Source of the DNA: Tubulanus polymorphus
Lineage: Eukaryota > Animalia > Nemertea
Direction: 5' to 3'
Assembly (NCBI RefSeq): GCF_964204645.1
Contig: NC_134035.1
Coordinates: forward strand, 2,728,001 to 2,792,000
Length of the DNA stretch: 64,000 bases
The translations under genes were made by a program, and so were the position numbers. The notes beneath the pieces were generated by a model, which searched no databases, was not told the DNA's origin, and was given only the letters and a program-made list of their open reading frames with translations. How positions within the stretch are numbered: the stretch's first letter is position 1; each line of letters starts with the position of its first letter. This document shows, in pieces, positions 1 to 11,829 of the stretch.

Positions 1-77
1 GAAGGTCGGTGTCTAAGTTTTATTAATCCCCTCCTTAACGTTAGGACCTTCAACAGTTTTTCTCTGTCCTCCCACAG

Positions 78-3000
78 CTTTCAAAGGTCGCCTGATGACC
101 AGTGACGGAGGTCGGCTCGCAGAACTGGACATGAGTCTGACGGAGTTACAGTACGACACTCTGTATAACAATCCGGCGAACGCGACTAACCGACAGAAAA
201 GGAAAGCGCATTGGGAACTTTTCAAACGATGGACCGGAAATACGATTCCGTATTTCATTAAAACCACAGACGTGTTCAGTAAACTAAATCATATTCGTAT
301 TTCCGAAAACATAGAAACCGGGAGAGGATTCCATTATCTAGATTATGTCTCTTTTGTAGCCGAGGCACAAAAAGGAGAAATTCAGAAAGCGATTGACGAA
401 ATTGAAAAGACAACGTGCTTGAAGTTTGTAGCGGCTACTGATGAACATACAAATAAAATACGCATACAAAACGGCACCGGGTAAGAGAAAATTATTCAAA
501 AAGATTCAAGTTTCGTAGATGTGGCTGAAATCGAAAGATGTTCTTTCACTCCTGTTCTATCAAGCTTTATTCCCAAAGGGGAATTGAAGATAGATTAAAG
601 TAATTCTCGTATATCTAACTTTTAGTTAGGTTGTTAAAGTATTAATGAACCCTTGTCTCAAATATTTAGATTATATAACTTCTTATATATTCTGACGCCG
701 TAAAAACCGTTACAATAATGTTTATATACATCGATACCCAGCATGCGTTATGTATTAGGGGTTCTGTGTGAGTCGATGTGCACTACATCATCAATATTTA
801 AGTTTCAAAACAATAATTACAATATTGCGAATTTCCAGCGTTCATTTTGTAATTATATATATTTCATCACAGTCATGGCCGTTAATTTCAATTTCTTTAA
901 ATGTCTTTTTGAATTTTGAGAGGACGTACCCTACATTATCAATTTAGGGGTTAGCCTAGTTAGACTGGTTGCCGATTTTCGGTGCATTCAAATTCCAAAA
1001 AAAGTTATTGAACCTCAATATAACATTATAGAATTATAACTGTATTATCATTAATTGTCGATAATACTATAGGCGATTTACATATGTTATTTTTTCGAGG
1101 CGCCGGTATAAGTCTTCTAAGTTTGTTTTCTTGTGTGATATTAATAAGGCTTTATATTTCTAGATGCAATTCGCACCTGGGTATGACTGGTGGCGAGCAA
1201 GCGATCAATTTACATCCAAATTGTCGAGTCGTGAGTAGATTGAAATTACGATGCCCCGTAATATGATATATTAGCTTTTATCATGATATCAGTTCGTTAT
1301 TCTACAGAAACCTACGATCTTACACGAATTCGGACACGCTTTAGGTCTTGTTCACGAGCATCAACTGCCCGATCGCGACGAGTATTTGAATATTCTGTAC
1401 GAGAATGTCGAACCCGACTGGGCCATTTGGTTCAAGAGAATAGAATCTAATCTGGTTTTACAGTACGAGGTACCGTATGACTACCGCAGTATCATGCACT
1501 ACGGGATCACCGTAAGTATCTTTACTACCTAAAGATTATGATTACTTACTCCAAACTAACGAATTCTCGTTTTATAATGTATTACAATGTCTTTCAATTC
1601 ATAATGCCAGGCATTCTCGGCAAATGGTAAACAAACCATCCAAGCGAAGGACATCACGAAAGGTCATCTTATCCAGGATACCTGGGACAAAGCGTCTTTC
1701 TCGTTTTCTGACGTCAAAGTTATCAACTCGCATTACGAATGTAGCTGTAAGTTTGTTATACACTGTTTTCTGCGTCTACACAATTTTCACAATATAAAAT
1801 CAATTGTCTTGTACGAATTTTTCAGCACATTGTCCCGAGACGGTGAAGAACAAATGCCCGCAGCCCGACTCGTTCTTGAATAAGAACTGCAGATGCGAAT
1901 TCGCGTGTAAGTTTAGAAACAGCTTTCAAAGCTTATGTTCTGTATGTATAATGTCCATAGAATATACTGTTGCAGTGCACACTACAAAAGCGAAAATGTA
2001 TTTTGGGGAAATTTATAACTTATACAATATATGAGAAATGGGATTTCATGCTCGAACTATCTGGACATATAATTTCGATTTTCAGATGGCCGAGAGACTG
2101 ATCCGCTAACCGGTACTGAAATAGTGGAAGCCGGCCCAACGACCGCCGTACCATGCTATGATAAAAAGAATTTTTGCCAGGAACTTGCTCGAGGCGGCGC
2201 CTGCAATACGGACCCCGGCTACATGCTCCAGAATTGTCAAGTGTCATGCGGTATTTGTTCATTAACGTCCTCCAGTTCGCCCACTCAGCCCACGACTACC
2301 GGACCGATGCCGTGTTTGGACTTTGATAGAAAATGCCCCCATTGGATGAGTATAGGCTACTGCGAGACACATTATAAAACCTACATGGAATTTTACTGTA
2401 AGAAGTCTTGCGATCTTTGCTCAACGCTTTCTACGACTACAACCACGACGACACCTGATCCAACAACGACCCAAATTGTCCCTTGTGCCGACAATAATGT
2501 CAACTGCGCCACCTGGGCAGCGGATGGTTTCTGTTTGGGAGAGTTCGAATCATATATGAGCCTGAATTGTAAGATTTCTTGCAATACATGCACAAACCCT
2601 ACGACCACGACTACCCCGAGACCAACAACGACCACGACTACCCCGAAACCCACAACCACGACTGTTACTTGTGTTGATAATAACGGCAATTGTAAAACTT
2701 GGGCCGATGATGGTTTCTGTGTTGGGGAATACGAAGGTTATATGAGGGACCATTGTAGCGACTCCTGCGGAATCTGCTCCCCCACTACGACCACGACTAC
2801 CCCGAAACCAACAACGACCACGACTACTCCGAAACCCACAACCACGACTGTTACTTGTGTTGATAATAACGACAATTGTAAAACTTGGGCCGATGATGGT
2901 CACTGTGTTGGAGAATACGAAGGTTATATGAGGGACCACTGTAGCGACTCTTGCGGAATATGTTCCCCAACTACCACCACGACTACCCCGAAACCCACAA

Positions 3001-3122
3001 CAACTGTCGCTTGTCTCGATCTTAACGATAACTGTCAAATCTGGGCCGACGAAGGTCACTGCATCGGAGAATATGAACAGTATATGAGCGCGAATTGTGT
3101 AAAATCTTGTGCAAAATGTTGA
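78..3122 (+). CDS. Astacin-family zinc metalloprotease (M12A) with a Cys-rich module and six C-terminal ShKT domains; 5'-partial
   Basis: Exons read by eye with GT-AG borders and consistent phase: 78-278, 360-480, 1164-1230, 1308-1511, 1611-1746, 1826-1906, 2086-3122. Pro-peptide ends in RQKR. Zinc motif HEFGHALGLVHEH (HExxHxxGxxH) and Met-turn SIMHY are present. The last exon encodes six 6-Cys ShKT repeats separated by Thr/Pro-rich linkers. The signal-peptide exon lies before the window. Confidence 0.93.
2598..3005 (+). repeat. Near-identical ~183-bp coding tandem repeat (Thr/Pro linker plus ShKT domains 4 and 5)
   Basis: PTTTTTPKPTTTTTTPKPTTTTVTCVDNN(G/D)NCKTWADDG(F/H)CVGEYEGYMRDHCSDSCGICS is repeated with very few nucleotide differences. 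Confidence 0.9.
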
Positions 3123-4447
3123 ATCTGTCGATAAACGAATAGAATTAAAAGCAAGTAATAATAATAGCCTTCCCACTTCTTTTTATTTCAAATTACGGTT
3201 ATTTCTTGAGAAAAGCAGAAGTGATTTTAAGCTTGTTATTCGAATTCACGATTTACGGGAAGTAAGGGCGGCAAGTGGGCGATCAGATATTGCAAGGCTA
3301 GCGAATACAAAATAACGTATGTATAAAAAATAAACTATTTAGCCGTCAATGTTATATTCGGAGGTAGCACTGACGGTCAAAATCGCTTCCGCGGTATCCC
3401 AGTTATAAGTTAGTTCACAAATTCACCGCCAATGTTATACACTGGGGCAGAACTTGTCGGAAAAATTCTGACAAAAAACATTTCTGCGTTATGGATCAAC
3501 ACAAAGATCAATTTTTAAGATCTAGAACCGGATTTTTTTTGAAGCAACATTTACATTAGCGCCAACAGAGAAAGAGAGCCTAAATCAATCTCTGTTCATC
3601 CAACATTGAAAACTGACACGCGTCCCGGTGCCCCCCTAAATCCCCCTTCCCTAAATCCGCCCTGGTCTATACATATACACAAATACAAAATTAGGCGCAG
3701 AATTTCAATAGGTTTCTTTGGAACTGCTTTGCAATTCATCCGTTCCTAGGAACGTCTTTCTTTTCATCATAGAAATAATCGAGTAGACAGAGCGAGGAAT
3801 TTGACACACGTACTACCTGACATCGGGTCGATGATTTCTCTTTATAAAACCTTTCAGAAATACGATCATAATTCATCTCTTTTTTCTTTTAATGGTCGGA
3901 ATAATTTACTTTCACTCTTTAACGACTTTCGACCCAGATTTCTTTATATTTTCGCTATTGAGCGTTATCGAGTTTTCATAATAACAAAACAAGTTTTACC
4001 GCCTAATAGAAAAATTGCAATACCGACTGTCTGATATCTATCTAGTAACGTCGGGGATCGAAGTTACTCATTCAGGGCAGCTTTCGTGCCGGTGAAATAG
4101 TTACCATACAAATATTCAGTGAGTAAAATTTGACAAGTAAAAACTCACCAGTTGATATCGAAGCGCTCATCATTAAACCATCATCAGAAAAACCAAAGTG
4201 ATATGACAAACTTGTATCATTGAATCATTTTGGTTTCTTTGATGTTGGGAGTTTAGACAAACTGCGAAACCGTCAGACAATTTAATATCATCAACTGTGG
4301 GTTTTTACACGTTAACTATATTAATAGTCTACCAGTCCTACTAATCAATTTATAGAATAAATGAAAATAACCCAGTAGAAAAAAAATTTAAACTTTCGAT
4401 ACACAAATGATATCTACGTAGATTCCTATCGTCGAAGTCCCGACAAA

Positions 4448-7400
4448 ATGGCGAGCGCAGACGATATTCACGAAGCACCCATCGCTACAGAAGACGTTAA
4501 CGTTATTGAGGTAAAAGAGCAACTGGGGGATCTGAAACCCGATAAACCGTACGCCGGGATGGGAAAAGAGGATCTACTTCGGTTTTCACAAACACCATTC
4601 TGGTGTCGATTCCGCACTGTAAGTCGATGAGAAATCATCAAGAAGTCATTTATGCTTCCTTAGAATGCTAATCTAGACGAGACTGTATTTCATTAATTTT
4701 CTATTTCTCAATTTTCAACGTTTATGACTATTATGATGAATATATTGCAGGTTCTGCTGGTAATATTCTTTCTGGCGTTGTTAGCGTTGATCGCCGCTAG
4801 TATCGCGTTCATTGTCGTGTTTTCCCTCGATGTAAACCTACTCCCAGAGCCACATGGTGGCAGACGAAACCGATTTATAACATTTTCACGCGCAGTTTTT
4901 ACGACAGTGACGGAGATGGTAACGGTGATTTGAAAGGTACGAAAATTTAAAAAGAAATTTCCACGATTTTAGAACTAAGCATAAAACCGATATCTATTTC
5001 AATTACTTTCAATATTCTTTCGAAAATAATATATAAATCCGAGTTGGTTGAAATTGAAGATAACTTATTGAAGATCAAAACTCGTTGGGAAACACCCCTA
5101 GCCTGTTACTATCATGCAACCTAAACTTTGTTCGTGATATTCAAACGTTCAAGAGCGCCTAATGAGAAAGCTATTTTTTAAAACTTGTCTGAAATCTAAT
5201 CAATCGAACATCGGGAATTTGTTTGTTTTTAAGGAGTCGAGATGAAGGTGGATTATCTAAAGTCTTTAGGTATCGGAACGGTGCAGTTAAGCCCGATATT
5301 CGACCATGACGACCTTGACCCGACAAACACGACGCGTCAACGTACCGTCAATTTCACCGATATTCACCCGATTTATGGAAATCTGGACGACTTCGACTCT
5401 CTGATCGAAACATTGCATAAAAACAGTAAGCGACTTTAAACACAATGTCGGTTCAAACGTCTACAGAAAATGCAGTAAATAATTTGAACATATCTAATCT
5501 TATAACGATATTAAAACACGACCGTTTCGACATGTTGACGCCATTTCAAGTGAACTGAAAAGATGTGGTAGGAATTTGAACGAGTGACATTCGGTTACCA
5601 TATCCGACACAGATCACTTGCAAATGACGTATTGTCATAATACCGAAAAGCCTTGTTAATTAGATCTAATCTTTTATCTAGTAAAGATGCCTATGCGACG
5701 CGGAGATACTTTAAACCTATTCTATATACGAAAGTCCCCCACAGTTTTTTTTTATCGATGACTGTTTGAATTCGTTTAGACGCGAAACTCATCCTCGGTT
5801 GGATCATAAACCACACCAGTGATAAACATCGGTGGTTTATAGAAAGTCGAAAGTCGAACAGCCCCACAAACCCGTACCGCAATTACTACGTGTGGGCGCC
5901 TTGTGACAACAGCACTCATAAACCGAACAACTGGGTATGAAAATCATTTCATATATCTTTCCGAGACAAATTCCAGTTTATTTCTGCTCTCGATATCATC
6001 GTTTTCTGTATGATTCTAGTTAAGCGTGCGTGGTGGTAGTGCGTGGACGTACGACTCGCAAAGAAAAGAATGTTATCTTCACCAATTTTCCGCGGAAGAA
6101 CCCGATTTGAATTTTTCGGAGTATGATGGTGCGAGAAGAAATAGACGTAAGTTTTTATTAACTGATATAATTTCGTCCTTTATGATGTAAAGATAGATTT
6201 ATTTCTATTATTTACTTAATTCATTATCAATTAACTTATTATTTTTCTTAAATTTATGTATTTACTTTTTTATTAGACAGAGATTTCACGCTTGATCTAG
6301 CAATCTTAACAAATTTTCCTGACTGATTTTTAGCTTTTCTTTACAAAATTCCCTGACTTTTAAAAGAAAAGAAAATTCCCTGAATTTTAGAACGATAACC
6401 ACACTCAAACGTGGTGAACGGATAATAAGATAAAATCCCACTATTTACAGATTAGAAGAATTTAAAAACCAGAATTTATTTATTCAATCAAAAATATATA
6501 AAAGACACGACGTTTCGATCTCACCCTAGAGATCATCGTCAGGTGTTAATCTGTAAATAGTGGGATTTTATCTTATTTCCTTGAATTTTCCTTGATTTCC
6601 CTGATTCCCAGGTAAGTGACCACACTACTAAATCAATCAACCAGTCAGATATCATATCGAGATTGTTGACCTCTTTTTCGACTGCTTAAAAGAAGTTTCT
6701 ATTTTGCGTCGTGTTTTACATAGAAAATAGCGCGATTCTGGTTGGATCGTGGAGTGGACGGCTTCAACTTGATACGTCTAGAATTTCTATTCGAAGATTA
6801 CGACATGCGGGACTCGAAACTAAGCGGCAAAACTAACATCACCGTATGTATCCGTGACGGTCAGGGCAAACTTCAGTTGTCAGAGTTAGTTTCAACTAGT
6901 GGCCCGAACTTATAACTGAACGCACTATATTTCGGTCGTAACGTATTTCACAGTGTCGGCCATCTTGATCCGAACTGCAGCGACCGCGCTCAATCCCGTG
7001 ATCGACTATGTCCGGACTATAGTTCCGACTAGCTGATATTCGGTTTCACTAAGTTCGACTATAGTCGACGTACGAGCAATTATCTGATTATTGCTCGTAG
7101 AGTCGACTAACTCTGATAACCGAAGTACGTCCAATATGACACGACCGTGACGTCACGTGAAATAAATGTTTTGGTTAACGCCAACAATTTCTCAAATTAT
7201 TTTTTTCCATCTTACTCTAAATGACACTTTAAGATAAAAGTTCTGTGGTAATCAGATTTTTTTAAATTTTTCTAATTCCTAATTTCATTATACTCTATAC
7301 AGGATTCCTACGAGTATTTGGACCAAGAATACACGTTCGGGCTCCCCGGATGTCTGATGGTCATTAACAGATTGCTACATATAATGAAAGCCTACTCGAA

Positions 7401-9684
7401 CGATTCAGATCCCGACGACCACAGGTACGAATAAATGAGGGTTTCAAGCCAAAGGCCCGATGAATAATAGAAAATAAGTGATAAAATATTATTCATTGTC
7501 TTATTTTGAATATTAAATTCATCAATTCTTTTAATGTTTATTTTGAATATGATTCTCACATTTTCTCGTAGAGTCGTTTTCGTAAACGCGGTCGAACCCT
7601 CGGAGGTATCGGACCGCTTGTACGGGGACCCGTTGCGAAAAGGAGCTCACATTGTTTTCCAACCTCGCCAAGAACGGTTCTTACTGAAGTCGAGCGGTAA
7701 CGCTAAAATAGTTCGCGCAAGTCTCGAAAAATACAGATTGGCGCAACTGGACGATGAGTTCATCACCGACAATACTAAGAAAATATGATTCGAAGTCGAT
7801 GTAGAATTTTACTATATTTTTCCAAACTCGTTTGTTAGTTTTACTACGGTCGAGGATTGAAGGGAATCTCACGCGAGGTGCCGGCCAAGAGGGAAAAGGT
7901 GGCGCAGATGTTAAAAGCTATGGCGTTCCTGTTGCCCGGTACACCGGTGGCCTTGTACGGTAACGAGATCGGACTGCTACAAGCGAGTTCGGTAAGAGAA
8001 CAACCAGTTGATATAAACCTGATGATGGTGTTATTCGGTCAACAGCCGAAACGTCTGGTTTTATTTGAATAAATTTCATCGTATAAAAATTCGAACTGTA
8101 GTTTCGCTCAAGAGTTGTCTTACAGTCATTTAAATGCCCTGGCGCTAAGTATTGGAAGATCTTTATAAAAATTGAAAAACCGCAAAATTGAAGCTTCAGG
8201 GTTTCTTTTTAAATCTCCAACGAAATGGATATAGCTTGTATAAATGAATTATTTATCATCATCATTAATATAACTTATATGTACTTGTTCTATGAACACC
8301 GGCTTTTTGAATTTAATGCATTATCGTTTTTGCACTGGCGACAACTCTTTACGGGGCCCTGTTTTTAAACCGTGTATCGTAACAAAATGTACAAAAAGCT
8401 GAATTAGAAAACCTATATAATCTAATTATAGCCACGGTTAAATTGTTGACATGTTTCAGGGCGCGTACCCGGCGGTAAGACCGATGCAGTGGGATAACAC
8501 GACAAACGCCGGATTCAGCGGTACCGACACAACGGCATCAGCGCCGTGGATTTCACTGGCGCCCGAATGGGATAAAATTAACGTACAGGTATGAAAGGAC
8601 CTATTAAAACGGTTTAACACTATTCACACGCTTCGCGAACTAGCACAATTACAGTTTGAATAGCGCCAAAATTACAAAGGGAAGTTGTAAAGACAGTATA
8701 TATTATCTCCTGACCTGCTGGCCTTGTATCTCATTTCAGTTGAGCTTTAAATCGAATCGGTCGCCTATTTATAATATTCCCTGCACGTCACTATATTCTA
8801 GATCATGATCAAGCTAACTAAAACAGAACCGGCAGTTGTAGGAATGAACTGATTTCAAATGTTATTGCACTTTACAAACGTAACCCGACCGATTAGGAGA
8901 TCGCCCCAAACCGGGGAAGTGTAATGAGATTGTCGGATGAGATGTCATTACACTTCTCTGCCCAAACGTAATAATTTCGGGGGTTTGAGGGGCTGTTCGA
9001 CTTTCTATAAACCGCCGATGTTTATTGCTGGTGTGGTTTATGATCCAACGTATCATTTTCTATGTCAGTGGTTTTAGTACGGCGCATACAGTTCATTTAC
9101 GATACGAACCACGAAGCGTGGACGACCAAAGCTCGTTCAAGGCTGTAGTAGACACTGATAATATATACTTAAACCTATATCGAATTAAATTATTTCCTTA
9201 CCTCGTTTTTCAAAGGTTCAGGACGGAGTGAGACAGTCATCGTTGTTGCAGTTCCGGAATCTGTCGGCGTTACGCGAGAAGGAGCCCAGCATACACGCTG
9301 GTAGAATCACGTTCGGCTCGTCGAACGAAGAGATCATGTCCTTCGTACGCCAGGCGGACGGCCATCCGGGGTAGATACAAAATCAGAATAATATTCTCAC
9401 CGTGTTGATAGAATTATGTACGAATAAAGCCCTGTTCTCGTGTTCGGTTTTCATTCAGGTTTCTCGTAGTTTCGAATTTCGGTCGCGTGGCCGGAAAACT
9501 CGATCTGCGCCAAATGGCAAAATCCGAGCTCATCCATAGCGATAAGATAGAAGTGGCGTTCTTGACGATTGGAGATTTTGATTTCGAAGTCGGCGACACG
9601 ATACGTAGTAGAGACGAGATCACGATGCCGCCGGAATCGACGGCGATTTTCAAGTGGAGATACGAGAAAAAAAATCATCTTTGA
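4448..9684 (+). CDS. SLC3A1: SLC3 heavy chain (rBAT/SLC3A1-like) type II membrane protein with GH13-like ectodomain; reading frame disrupted as assembled (possible pseudogene)
   Basis: Exons: 4448-4618, 4751-4936, 5234-5425, 5780-5934, 6020-6146, 6724-6843, 7303-7424, 7572-~7753, 7839-7991, 8460-8588, 9216-9370, 9459-9684. N-terminal [14 protein letters not shown], one TM helix, then [95 protein letters not shown]. The model requires frameshifts at ~4820-4826, ~6112-6116 and ~7727-7731 and a non-canonical donor at 7754. Confidence 0.85.
6505..6546 (-). ncRNA. Minimal type-I hammerhead ribozyme motif (Penelope pseudo-LTR type)
   Basis: The minus strand reads ACAC-CTGACGA-T-GATCTC-tagggt-GAGATC-GAAA-CG-TC-GTGT. 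Stem I is ACAC/GTGT, the core CUGANGA and GAAA are complete, stem II is a perfect 6 bp, palindromic ACGT replaces stem III, and the cleavage triplet is GUC. AATAAA follows downstream on the same strand. Confidence 0.8.
6863..7132. mobile_element. MITE-like element, family C (related copies ~29246-29399 and ~45586-45697)
   Basis: Imperfect terminal inverted repeats (gggcaaacttcagttgtcagagttag / ctaactctgataaccgaagt) and shared internal cgactatagt and tagttccga motifs across three loci. Confidence 0.6.
8013..8063 (+). ncRNA. Minimal hammerhead ribozyme-like motif, sense to the host gene
   Basis: ATAAAC-CTGATGA-T-GGTGTT-attcggtc-AACAGCC-GAAA-CG-TC-TGGTTTTAT, then AATAAA at 8068-8073. The core is perfect, stem II has one bulge, and the stem I register is imperfect. 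Confidence 0.65.
8960..9049 (-). repeat. Inverted, diverged copy of rBAT-like exon 4 sequence (5798-5897) inside a downstream intron
   Basis: The reverse complement aligns to 5798-5897 with 7 substitutions and two deletions (7 and 3 nt). It explains ORF 8862..9056(-), which contains [17 protein letters not shown]. Confidence 0.9.
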
Positions 9685-11299
9685 GCGGACGATGCTGTGA
9701 CGTCATGCGCTAGTCAGTGTTGTCGCTGAATTTGCTTTTTCGGTAAATTTAAGACATTTATAGTGATTTCTAACCTTTGAAGTGAGGTTTTATCGCATCC
9801 GACCGATTGTGAGGATGTCGTACTGAAAGGATAACGCGTGATGACGCTCTGTAAGCAAAATAACGCTCGCTAAAACCTTGAAGCGAGTGATTTTTTATCG
9901 CAAATGAACTAAAACATGGCGGATTTAGGTTCTAATTTACGGTTCTGACTATAGCGCCATCAATCGATAGAATTCAGAACTTGAATGTGTCAATATCCTG
10001 TATTCTAACATCTTATACCACTAAAATGAAACAGGGACAGCAATTTTGAAGGACTTGTCACATCCCAAAAGGGCACTTTGATGTCCACAAAGGCAACATT
10101 AGGTGCATTTGGTGTCTGGCATGCATCATCTATGTGTCGACCGGTGTGTCGTCTAATTCTGATATGATACAATGAATACGTTCTGAATTTTGCATGATAT
10201 TTCCTCATTTTTTAGGTAACATATTTAATTATTTCTAGCTAAAATTCACTTACTTATCAATCAATATAGTATTTATATACAGAATAAAGTATTCATTTAA
10301 ATTTTTGAATGATAGTTTATCATCTGAATTGACAAAATGTCCATATTTTTTCTGTCGCTCTCTCCCACACCATACTAGAAATACCCCGATTTGAATTTAC
10401 TCTTTCAAGGCTTATTCTTTAATAGAACAAATGTTTGGTTCAAACGTTTCAGAGCAGTTTTCAGAGTTTGGGAATTTTTTCGGAATCCGGCCGCAAATCG
10501 GTAATTAGTTCGTCCACTACTGCAGTTCGAACACTCTGGCAAGCGAGTATTATGTTAGTTCACATTTCCCACGCTATCGTTATACATAGGGGCAGCACTA
10601 GACGATCGAGATTGAATTGATCGCGCTATTCTACTGTGGAGCGGGCTCAATTCAATCGCTAAATCTTTATTTACAGTGAACTATTCCCTCAATTGATAAA
10701 GCCGCGATGATTCTAAATGTACGAATTTGATATTGGGTAAAAAGATAAGAATTCATGATATTTCATGTCCCCAGGGACGCACAGGGGGACCTCACTCCAG
10801 TTGATTTCGTGGCAGACACGTCACGACACACTACAGTCACAGTGGTGAGCAGGTGAGGCCTGAGGGACCTACTGAATTTATTCTGAAACAATCAGTCGTT
10901 GTTACTACGGGTTTCGGGTTGTTTGGGTAACGACGGCTAGGTGCTAGACTAACAGGGACCTCACTCGGTGTCAATAACCACTTTCTACCCTACATGGGCC
11001 GCACTACCCTAGCCGCTTGCAATTGCATTGCACATGGTGCAGGCGATAGTTTCACAAATCTTGAACTGTTCCAACAATTCCTGTTACCGGTACTTCCTCC
11101 GGCACCACATCTTGTTCAGCAAGTTAAGACCAGCTGACTCGACCAGTTAGCTACACCAGCTTTCTCCCACTGCCACAGGCTGGGCTCATGTGTAAAACGA
11201 GAATCTGTTAATCCAGTGTGACTGAAAACTGCTGAAAACCTTTGTTGAAGCCTTTAGGCTACTATGTCAGAGTAATTGTGCTGTTTTGCTTCCCTTTTC

Positions 11300-11560
11300 A
11301 CCCATCCACCCTCAACCTCTCACCCCATCCTCCCCCAACCTCTCACCCCATCCTCCCTCAACCTCTCACTCCATCCTCCCCCAACCTCTCATCCCATTGT
11401 CCCTCAACCTGACCCCAACCTCTCACTTCATCCTCCCTCAACCTCTTACCCATCCTCCCCCAACCTCTCACCCCATCCTCCCCAACCTCATCACCCCATC
11501 CTCCCCAACCTCATCACCCCATCCTCCCCAACCTCTCATCCCATCTTCCCTCAACCTCTC
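11300..11560. repeat. Pyrimidine-rich minisatellite, ~23-bp unit cctcccccaacctctcaccccat
   Basis: About 11 degenerate tandem copies are visible directly; the minus strand is G-rich. Confidence 0.9.
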
Positions 11561-11700
11561 AGTTAGTCTCCCTGTTAATGTGATTTCAATTTTATATTTC
11601 AGGTTTTCTTCGGGCTGTCGTGTAAACTTCATCACGAATACTGGATGTGGTGGACTTCAACTGAAATTTATCACAGTTTTACTTCTTCAGTCAACTTCTT

Positions 11701-11829
11701 CCGGACTACTAGTGAACTAACTGGACTTCTAGTGAACTAACCGGACTATTAGTGAACTAACTGGACTACTAGTGAACTAACCAGACTATATATGAACTAA
11801 CTGGACTATTAAGTCAACTAACCGGACTA
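11701..11829. repeat. 20-bp tandem repeat c(c/t)ggactactagtgaactaa
   Basis: About 6.5 tandem copies with few substitutions. Confidence 0.9.

Noticed and set aside
2393-3176. Minus-strand ORFs of 98 and 208 aa
   Set aside because: Antisense shadows of the repetitive astacin ShKT exon.
4817-4830. Programmed -1 ribosomal frameshift at ttttccc
   Set aside because: The run is not in X-XXY-YYZ register with the zero frame, and other lesions in the same gene favour mutation or consensus error.
8862-9056. Nested minus-strand glucosidase-like gene
   Set aside because: Only ~90 nt are homologous, with a frameshifting 7-nt deletion; it is an inverted exon fragment, reported as a finding.
11276-11720. 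Pro/Ser/His-rich ORFs
   Set aside because: Translation of the C-rich minisatellite; open in more than one frame.
11701-11829. CRISPR-like regular repeats
   Set aside because: Contiguous tandem units without unique spacers, in a eukaryotic context with no cas genes.
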